In this document: piece by piece, positions 56,446-64,000 of the stretch
Numbering within the stretch: position 1 is the first letter of the stretch
Layout of the letters: each line of letters begins with the position of its first letter
Assembly: GCA_965223265.1 (NCBI GenBank)
Contig: OZ244999.1
Location: forward strand, 1,664,001-1,728,000
Direction: 5' to 3'
DNA from: Planctomycetota bacterium
GTDB lineage: Bacteria; Planctomycetota; UBA8108; SXIK01
DNA length: 64,000 nt
Translations under genes and position numbers: made by a program
The notes under the pieces: model-generated
Databases searched by the model: none
Told to the model about the DNA's origin: nothing
What the model saw: the letters and a program-made list of their open reading frames with translations, nothing else

Positions 56446-58107
56446 CTACTCGACGGGCAGGTCCGCGGTGAAGTCTATCTCCCGGTCGCGCGTGAGTTCG
56501 ATCGGCTGTAGGTGGGTGACCCCACGATTCTCCTGACGCCAACGATAAAACTGAACGTCGTAGGTTCCCGCACGTAGCCCGATCATACGGAACTTGCCGT
56601 CGTCTTTCGTGTAGGTGACGAAACTGTCGCGTGTCTCGAAGTGCGGTGCGAGGCGGATATAGGCCGACGTCTGAGGCGCGCCGCCTGCGTCGAGGATTCG
56701 ACCGGTCAATTTGAGCTTTCCGATGTCCTCACCGATCGTGGACTCCACTGTGGAGCCAGATGGTACGTCGACGCGGCGGCGAACTCGGGTGGTGTGCTGC
56801 CCGGCATCGTCGCTCGCGCTTCTCTGCAGCTCGATCAGATACGTGCCAGCTGTCAGACGCTCCCACGCGAAGCGTCCCTGTTCACGCTCGCTCGCACTCT
56901 CCGACGGGCCGAACCATTCGCGTTCCGGTCGTTGCCGGCCGAGGTCCTCAGGCGCGACTCGAATCAGAGCCACGCGAGCATCGCTCTGTGGTACGCCGCG
57001 TTCCAAGACGGTGCACGCCAGCGTGGCCTCCGCGCTGAGGGCAATCCGCACACGTCCATCCAAATCGACGAAATCCTCTCGGTCAGACGGACGCACGGCG
57101 ACCCGCCCGTAGCCGAGGGCTTCGACAAGAAGTGTGCACGGCTGGTCCTCCGTGATGCGGAAATGCCCGTCCGCGTCCGTCAGCTGCTCTTGAACATTGA
57201 CCATGATGCGCCTGAAGAACTGATGGTCCCACAAGAGCTCGGCCGTGTCGCGATACCCGCCGCGAACAGTGGCGCCTTCAATCGCTTGATGCGTTGCAGC
57301 GTCCACCACGTACCCGTCTATATTCTTTCCACGTGAGAGTTCGACGACATACTCCGGGGCTTTGTCTTCACTGAGGATTTCGATATCCTCGACCGTGTAC
57401 GGAACGTAGCCGTCACCAATGAAGGTGAAGCTCAGCCGAGATGTCTTCTCTCCGCGCCGCAGGCCCTTGAGTTGGAATCGCCCTTCTGAGTTGACAAACC
57501 TGTCGCCTGAGTGGCTCGATTCGGGCGTAACCAGTCCCTCGTGAACAGTGAATTGCACTACCGGAGCACCAGACTCGGCATCCACGACGCGGCCATGAAA
57601 GAGCCCGTTACGGTAGAGGGTCAGGCGCATTTCCTGATCCGCGTCTGTCTCGACCTCGATTGAGGCGTGCCCCGATCGCTGAGCTTCGATTCACACGGGC
57701 GCCGACGTCGTCGAACGAGAATCTCCCGTCTTCACCGGTGCGCAGCAGGTGATTTACATCGGGAAGAATGCGCGCCACCGAGAAGTGGTGTCCGCGTGGC
57801 ACTGCTGTGACTTCGACTTGCGAAAGCGGAGTTCCTTCTTCGTCGACGACTACCCCGCGGAGCCAGTGGCCGCGATTGCGATCCGACGCAGCCAACCAGC
57901 GAGCGAGGAGTGAACGTCGGCTTTGAGCTCGGCCAGGGCGAGAAAACACTCCTGAGCGACATCTTCTGCGTCGTCACTGTTCTTCAAGACTCGCCTTGAA
58001 GTAGCGTAGACCATCCCCGCGTAGCGGCTGACGAGCTCAGAGAACGCGTCCGCGTCTCGTTCCTTTCGCCACGCATCCAAAAGAGCGAGGTCATGGGTTG
58101 GTTGCAT
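56446..58107 (-). pseudogene. Disrupted ECF sigma-70 factor fused to carboxypeptidase-regulatory-like repeats
   Basis: Sigma region 2 (DAFSELVSRYAGMVYATSRRVLKNSDDAEDVAQECF...LAGWL) shifts frame near 57880 into LRGVVVDEEGTPL...TGEDGRF. A second shift near 57692 leads into IEAQRSGHAS...GRVVDAESGAPV. No sigma region 4 is visible. Confidence 0.8.
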
Positions 58108-58259
58108 GCAGTCCTCCGCGGTCGTCCACATTGCAGCGTGCGTAGAGACCTCCCGAATCTCTGCACTTCATCCTTGAAGAGGACGTCGCCGACGGCGGAC
58201 CTGAATACGGAATCCGCAAAAAAAGAGGTGTGAGCTTGGTGCTCGTCAGATCAACTTTC

Positions 58260-59006
58260 TTACCTGACCTTGCGCCACAGTTTGGTGACATCGCGCTGCG
58301 GTTTGAACCCCAGGATGCGCCGTGTCTTGTCGCTGAGAAACTTTCCTTGTGGGTTGTCGCCCATGATGAAGAATGCTTCGCACTTGGAAGGCAATCTCTC
58401 AAGATCAACGTCGAGTCCGAGACGGAAGACCTCCCCGGCGTCGTGCCATGCGACCATGAACGGAACGCCGCCCGCTCCGCGCTTGATCTGGTCGGTGAAA
58501 CGCATATTCATGAAGAGAAAGTCCATGACGTACACGTCGTGGCGCGCCGTGAAGACGCGGCAGATCTCTTGACCGAGGGATTTCGTCAGGGCGTAGAGGT
58601 AGGTGCCCGAGTGGGACGGGATGTCGGGGGTGATGCCGTGATCGAGTCCCTCATATGTCGCGCCCGCAAGGGTGAAATGTGGACCTGTGTTGATGACTCG
58701 ACGGATGTCATGCTTGACGGCAGCGCGCATGACGTTGTAGCAGCCGAGAGAATTGACGCTAAACGCTAGGACGCGGTGGGGACGGACGACCGAAAGATTC
58801 AGGATAGCGTCCATTCCTTCCGCCGCCCTCATGACCTGCGACGCCGACGTGACATCAAGGTCACGAAACTCGTGTCCGGCGTACTTTTGGCGCACTTCAG
58901 GCGGAGCCGGCTTGATGTCCGTGATCCGAAGGTGATGGTGACGCGCAAGGGATTTCACCACGTGAGGGCCAAGATAGCCATTCGCGCCAACGATCAAGAC
59001 TTTCAT
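58260..59006 (-). CDS. NAD(P)-dependent epimerase/dehydrogenase (extended SDR, uronate dehydrogenase-like)
   Basis: VLIVGANGYLG and YALTK (YxxxK). Confidence 0.88.
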   Translation of the reverse strand: MKVLIVGANGYLGPHVVKSLARHHHLRITDIKPAPPEVRQKYAGHEFRDLDVTSASQVMRAAEGMDAILNLSVVRPHRVLAFSVNSLGCYNVMRAAVKHDIRRVINTGPHFTLAGATYEGLDHGITPDIPSHSGTYLYALTKSLGQEICRVFTARHDVYVMDFLFMNMRFTDQIKRGAGGVPFMVAWHDAGEVFRLGLDVDLERLPSKCEAFFIMGDNPQGKFLSDKTRRILGFKPQRDVTKLWRKVR

Positions 59007-59100
59007 GATGATCCTCGTTCACTGTTGAAGTCGTGGAAGCTCAGCACAATCAACACCTCCGGACGCACGCCACAACCGGCTCTCGTCCAGAGCCGCTTGA

Positions 59101-59919
59101 TCACTTGTCGCTGAAGTGCTGCGGTGCGAACTTGAGCGCGCTTTTGGCGCGCGCGGAGGTAAACCGAGCTCGCCGAGAGTCGGACTGTACGTGGAAGACT
59201 CGCCAGTGGCCGACCCGCGTGGCGCTGTCTTGGAACTCGGCGCCGAGCGCTGCCTCTACGGCCTGCGCGACGTCACGCTCGTCGACCCAGAGGGGATCGT
59301 AAGGCTTTCCCGCCACCTTGTCGGCGTGGACTACGGTGCCGACCCTCAGCACGATCACCTTTAGCTTGCGTTCGCGCGCAAACTCACGGCAGGTGAACTC
59401 GGCGAGATAGGACGAGAGGATGTCTGGGTCGCCCGAGGGGAACGGGCGCCAATCCTCCGTCACTTCGTATTCTTCGTCGTAGTCCGTCAAGAGCCTGAGC
59501 GAACTGAGGAGGACGACCTTTTCGACGTCCTGAGCTGCTGCCGCCACGAGCAGGTTGTAGGTTTGCCGTGTCCGGTAGTCGATCTGCGCCTCCCCGTCGG
59601 CACCCGGGGGAGGTAACGCCACGTGGACGATCGCGTCGATATCACGTACGAGATCGTCGGTCGTCGAGGAGTGATCGAGGTCGCTGCGCGTGAACGGATG
59701 GTCCGTTCGCACATCGACCGAAGACGTCAGGCGGACGCGGTTCACTTTCGCTAAGTTCGACGCGATGGCTCGCGCGACATCGTGCTCGGCAGAGGTTATG
59801 AGGACCGATCTCGGGGTCGACTCCGCTGCATCGACTTTCGATCGCTGCTCCGCTCCGAAGGCGCCTTTGGCACCCGCCAGCAGGGCTGCAGCCGCTTGAA
59901 AGAAACTACGTCGTTTCAT
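59101..59919 (-). CDS. Tat-exported SDR-like paralog with degenerate motifs
   Basis: KRRSFF; IDAIVHVA, TYNLLVAA, VVLLSS, WVDERDVAQA. The Gly-rich and YxxxK motifs are absent. Confidence 0.8.
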   Translation of the reverse strand: MKRRSFFQAAAALLAGAKGAFGAEQRSKVDAAESTPRSVLITSAEHDVARAIASNLAKVNRVRLTSSVDVRTDHPFTRSDLDHSSTTDDLVRDIDAIVHVALPPPGADGEAQIDYRTRQTYNLLVAAAAQDVEKVVLLSSLRLLTDYDEEYEVTEDWRPFPSGDPDILSSYLAEFTCREFARERKLKVIVLRVGTVVHADKVAGKPYDPLWVDERDVAQAVEAALGAEFQDSATRVGHWRVFHVQSDSRRARFTSARAKSALKFAPQHFSDK

Positions 59920-59962
59920 GGATCTCCCTTCCTGGTCTCGAGACGATTTCTCTATTCGCGCC

Positions 59963-61993
59963 TCACTTAGAGACAGCAGTTTTCGACTCCAAAAGGATCA
60001 TCCGGAACGAGTTCGCTGGAATCGAAAAGATCAGAAACTCGTGGGCGCGCGGGAACACCGCGCCGGTCATCGCATCGGTGATCTCAACCGCGCCAAACTG
60101 GCCGTGCACTCCGCCGCCCAGTCGCGCTGTCACCGGGGCTTCTGACCAATTTGCTAGCACCGTCAGCGCCGCACCGTCGCGACGGCGTTGCCACAGGCCC
60201 GCGACCACGTTCGTTGGACGAACGCTGAACCATGAGGGCAGCTCGTGCGGCCGGAAGTAATCGATAGCTTCCTCGCCGACACCAAATTCCATCCTGGCGC
60301 GGCATGCCGCGATGGCCGGCGTTCCGTCTAACCATCCATGGTAGTTGCAGACCATTTGACCGAACGGCAGAGTGCGCGCAAGCAGCCAATGCGACCAGTC
60401 GCCGTCCTTCCGAACGCCCATCGAAGAGAGAAATGCCGGCGTCGCTCCGGCCTGAACCCCGGTCCCAGTGATTTCCATGAACGTCCGATCGAACACCTGC
60501 AGCAACCGTTCCTTGGGGTAGTTTTTCGCGTCGCGAAAGTGCTCTCCGTCCGAGTAGACGTCGACCCATGCGAGCTGCAAAGGATTGAAGGTCTCAGAGG
60601 TGTGTTCCCAAACGATGCCGTCGGCGCGCCGCGACTTGACGATGGTGTAAATCCTCTTGTGAAGATCTCGCAGCGCGAAAAACGGAAACGTCCGTTTACC
60701 GCCCTTGCCGCACCCGTGCTTGTGATTCTCGCACCAGTAGGGTCCGGGATTGTCGATGTAAATGCCGGCGAAGTCCGTGTGCGACATGACTTGATCGACG
60801 GACCACGCCATGAAGTCAGCGAACGTGCTCGCCGGGCAGCACGCGTCGACACCGATGAAGCCTTTGCCCGTCTTCCACTCGCCGCCCTCTAGCACGACTT
60901 TTGACATCAACCAGTCGACGCGATTCCTTTGACTCACTTGCGACTGAGCGGAGGTTGCCGACGTTGTGATGTAGCAGCACGTGCGGAGGCCGCGATCGTG
61001 GCTTCGCTGTAGTGACTGCGCAAGCTTGCCGAAGTCACGCGGCTGCGGGAAGCTGAAGAGGGGCTGTGCATTGCCGCCGAAGTTAATCGCCGTCAGGTTG
61101 CTCGACGGGAGTGATCCGACGCGGACGTTCCAGCGATCCTTCGGCATTGGTTTCGTCGGTGTCGCCAGGAGTCCAAACTCATACACGATTGGTTGCGTGA
61201 TTTCCGTCGGTTTCGTAATGATGTCGAACGTCAGCGTCAACTCTTTCTCGGATCGCTCAAGACGGATGGCGTCCTGAGCTGACGTCCACCCATCCCAGGT
61301 CTCACTGACGATTGTGAGTCCCACGTCGTGATTGCCGATCCAAACCAGTGGCTTCCACGAGTAGACGAGTGATTCGCCAGGCTGCTTTGGCGACGCCTTG
61401 TAGATATGTTCGGTCCAGCGCATCTCCAAGTGATGGAAGATGGCTGCGCTGGGGGCGAACGCAAAGACCAAACGCAAGCCCTCGACTACCGAATCTTGAG
61501 CTGCGGCGAGCGTTACGTCAGTGCGCAGAAAACCGTCGTATTCGATCGAGCTGCTGGTGGAAACCTTGCTGGATTCTACTGGCGTCGCACTCGCGCTCGA
61601 CTCGATGCGATCATCGCGAACGAGGTGGATTTGAGAGGCGCGAGGTTTCAGAGCGCTCCACACACCGTCTCGCTTGATGCGGAGTTCAATTGGACGCACG
61701 AGGAGCTCCTGCCCCTGACTTCGAATCGCGGTGGGGAAGAGACCGTCGACAGCGTACTCGCGCCCCCAGCAGCCAACGACCTGTTCCCGTAGGGCGAGCG
61801 GCGTGTAAGGCCTCAGCACTTTCGTGGTCACACCTGACTTCGCCGTGCGCCACGGCTCCGACGGGTCGTCCAGGTCGTACGACCGAACGTGTGGAGCGTT
61901 CGCTGCCTTGTCATCGTCGGCGACGGCCAGGCGAACCGCGGCGAGTACAAGGATTGAGTGAAGAATCGCTTTGCTGACAAAGTGGATCTGCAT
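59963..61993 (-). CDS. Exported putative glycoside hydrolase (DUF6067/GH123-like)
   Basis: Signal peptide; IEYDG, FGLLATPTKP, GIYID, CENHKHGC, IVWEHTS, SDGEH. Family tentative. Confidence 0.65.
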   Translation of the reverse strand: MQIHFVSKAILHSILVLAAVRLAVADDDKAANAPHVRSYDLDDPSEPWRTAKSGVTTKVLRPYTPLALREQVVGCWGREYAVDGLFPTAIRSQGQELLVRPIELRIKRDGVWSALKPRASQIHLVRDDRIESSASATPVESSKVSTSSSIEYDGFLRTDVTLAAAQDSVVEGLRLVFAFAPSAAIFHHLEMRWTEHIYKASPKQPGESLVYSWKPLVWIGNHDVGLTIVSETWDGWTSAQDAIRLERSEKELTLTFDIITKPTEITQPIVYEFGLLATPTKPMPKDRWNVRVGSLPSSNLTAINFGGNAQPLFSFPQPRDFGKLAQSLQRSHDRGLRTCCYITTSATSAQSQVSQRNRVDWLMSKVVLEGGEWKTGKGFIGVDACCPASTFADFMAWSVDQVMSHTDFAGIYIDNPGPYWCENHKHGCGKGGKRTFPFFALRDLHKRIYTIVKSRRADGIVWEHTSETFNPLQLAWVDVYSDGEHFRDAKNYPKERLLQVFDRTFMEITGTGVQAGATPAFLSSMGVRKDGDWSHWLLARTLPFGQMVCNYHGWLDGTPAIAACRARMEFGVGEEAIDYFRPHELPSWFSVRPTNVVAGLWQRRRDGAALTVLANWSEAPVTARLGGGVHGQFGAVEITDAMTGAVFPRAHEFLIFSIPANSFRMILLESKTAVSK

Positions 61994-62129
61994 GAGTTTT
62001 GAGTACGTGACGGTATTGGGTGTTTTGACTGGGAAGTCCCTGTTGCGCGTCGTGACGAGACGTCGTGGCGGCACGCGACACTATCTCACCTCGAAACCTC
62101 CGTGAAGAGAAGGCTGTTTCGCTCGCCGC

Positions 62130-62807
62130 TTACCGCGGAAATGCGAGATAGACGACGTGACGCGGTCCCTTGTATTTGGGACGATGATACTCAAGGCGAA
62201 AGCCGCACGCTCTGACTCGCTTCTCGAAGGAAGGGACCGCGCCCTCTGACCAGACGGCCAAGCAGCCGGCGTCGCGGAGCGCCTGACTTGCTCGAAGAAG
62301 CGCGGCTCGGCCGAAGACTCGGTCCTCCGTGCCGGCCGGCGGCGGATACGGCCCTTCGTAGAGATCTAGGACGATCGCGTCGTAACGCTCCTCGATGGAA
62401 GCCTTGGCAGCGTCGGCAATCAAATCGCCGACATCGGCGACTTTCAGCTGCACGCGTGGATCCTCGAGAGCATGCCTCGACAGTGGTGCCAGGGGGCCGC
62501 GGTTCCAACGCACGACGATCTCGTTGAGCTCAGCCGCGACGACCTCGGCAGTGTCCGGCAACACATCGAGCGCTGCGCGGAGTGTGTAGCCGATTCCGAG
62601 CCCAGCGGTGAGGACTCGCGGTGCCGGGTGGTGCGCGAGCGGCTGGCACGCCAGCCTCGCTAACGCGATCTCGGAGCGATTCAACCGGCTCGACATGAGT
62701 GGGCGACGCTCGATCGTGATCAGCCACTCGTCGTCGCCAATGCGCACGAGCTCGAGTTTTCCGGCGTCGGTTTCAACGCTGTCGATGATCTTTGTTGGGC
62801 GCGGCAT
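62130..62807 (-). CDS. Spermidine synthase-like SAM-dependent protein
   Basis: LMSS...SEIALA, VLTAGLGIGYTL, AELN, YDAIVLDLYEGP, LAVWS. Confidence 0.85.
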   Translation of the reverse strand: MPRPTKIIDSVETDAGKLELVRIGDDEWLITIERRPLMSSRLNRSEIALARLACQPLAHHPAPRVLTAGLGIGYTLRAALDVLPDTAEVVAAELNEIVVRWNRGPLAPLSRHALEDPRVQLKVADVGDLIADAAKASIEERYDAIVLDLYEGPYPPPAGTEDRVFGRAALLRASQALRDAGCLAVWSEGAVPSFEKRVRACGFRLEYHRPKYKGPRHVVYLAFPR

Positions 62808-62951
62808 GAAATGAGCTCCGGTGAGTCGCGTGAGTCGACTATCATAGCGTCTCGGCTGATTTCTGCATGCGCCAGGTTGACCTTGACGCCCGCATGACGC
62901 AGCCACCTCTGAAAAGTCGAAGCCGGAGAAAGGAGCGACGCGCGATTCTCG

Positions 62952-64000
62952 ATGAGTGAAATCTGTTTCAAAACGGCCACGGATTTAGCGCGATGTATCC
63001 GCGAAAAAGAACTGAGCGCGCGGGAGGTTATGGCGGCGCACCTCGAGCAGATCGAGCGCGTCAATCCGCGAGTCAACGCCATCGTGACGCTGCTGCCCGA
63101 GGCGGCGATGGAGGCCGCGGAAGAGGCCGACCGCTGCCGAAGCCGCGGCGAGGCTCTAGGGCCACTCCATGGCTTGCCGATCGCGCACAAGGACTTAGTG
63201 CCGACACGCGGCGTCCGCACGACGTTCGGCTCCCCGCTGTACAAGGACTTCGTCCCCGAGCGCGACGCGCTCATCGTCGAGCGATTGAAGGCGGCCGGAG
63301 CCATTACGGTCGGCAAGACGAACACCCCGGAGTTCGGAGCCGGGTCGCAAACGTACAATGAGGTGTTTGGAGCCACCCTCAACCCGTATGACCTGTCGAA
63401 GACTTGTGGCGGCTCGAGCGGCGGGGCGGCTGTGGCGGTCGCGTGTGGCATGCTGCCGATCGCGGACGGCAGTGACACGGGCGGGTCGCTTCGCAACCCT
63501 GCGAACTTCTGTAACGTCGTCGGTTTTCGGCCGTCGCCGGGGCGCGTGCCGCACTGGCCGCGGGACGTCGGCTGGTTTCCGATTTCTGTGCAAGGTCCGG
63601 TGGCGCGCACAGTCGAAGACGCGGCGCTCCTACTGAGCGCGATCGCCGGGCCAGATCCCCGTTCGCCGATTTCCATCGAAGCGCCGGGAGAATCCTTTCG
63701 TCGCCCGCTCGAGCGAGATGTGCGTGGAGTTCGCCTGGCGTGGACGAGCGACTTTGGCGACCTGCCCGTGGATCCACGCGTCACGGAAGTGCTCGAGGTT
63801 GCGCGCGGAGTGTTCGAGTCGCTCGGCTGTCGCGTGGCGCCGGCGAGTCCTGATTTTCGTGATGCGGACGAAGCGTTCAAGGTGTGGCGGGCGTGGTTCA
63901 TGGAGCTCCTTCTGGGTGAGCTCGTGGCAAGCCAGCGCGACCGGTTCAAGGACACGATCGTCTGGAACGTTGAGCAGGGTGCTGGGCTCACCGGCCCTGA
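62952..64000 (+). CDS. Amidase (amidase signature family); 3' end outside the window
   Basis: Manual translation gives MSEICFKTATDLA...HGLPIAHKD...GKTNTPEFG...CGGSSGGAA...GSDTGGSLRNPA. Confidence 0.93.
   Translation, partial: MSEICFKTATDLARCIREKELSAREVMAAHLEQIERVNPRVNAIVTLLPEAAMEAAEEADRCRSRGEALGPLHGLPIAHKDLVPTRGVRTTFGSPLYKDFVPERDALIVERLKAAGAITVGKTNTPEFGAGSQTYNEVFGATLNPYDLSKTCGGSSGGAAVAVACGMLPIADGSDTGGSLRNPANFCNVVGFRPSPGRVPHWPRDVGWFPISVQGPVARTVEDAALLLSAIAGPDPRSPISIEAPGESFRRPLERDVRGVRLAWTSDFGDLPVDPRVTEVLEVARGVFESLGCRVAPASPDFRDADEAFKVWRAWFMELLLGELVASQRDRFKDTIVWNVEQGAGLTGP

Noticed and set aside
62720-63991. 423-aa minus-strand ORF and other long antisense ORFs (e.g. 26224-27438, 40777-41838, 23864-24883)
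   Set aside because: They are shadow frames of well-supported genes on the opposite strand, typical of high-GC DNA.
1-64000. RAYT/transposase, reverse transcriptase, integrase, tRNA or rRNA
   Set aside because: I recognised no HUH/Y1, DDE, YxDD or tyrosine-recombinase motifs and no structural RNA signatures. Any enzyme acting on the repeats must be encoded outside the window.

Overview
GC-rich bacterial DNA, almost certainly Planctomycetota: three DUF1501 and three DUF1549/DUF1553 genes, two sulfatases, a dockerin-like C-terminal tag and many Tat/Sec-exported enzymes. About 41 coding regions are present, mostly exported hydrolases and oxidoreductases, plus a YtrA-type GntR/ABC operon and a broken ECF sigma-factor fusion gene. 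I recognise no rRNA, tRNA, cas, transposase or phage genes. The most unusual signal is non-coding and combines three parts. (1) A GTAG-footed REP-like hairpin forms a 19-copy 59-bp tandem array (8.8-9.9 kb) and a 74-bp array (5.6-5.8 kb). (2) A ~36-bp transposon-end-like motif (GAGGCTGTGAA...CGYAACTC) occurs four times and always joins the REP at its hairpin loop, once as a complete 184-bp element with a TCC duplication. (3) Hexamer microsatellite tracts accompany both. All product calls come from motif recognition by eye; no database searches were run.
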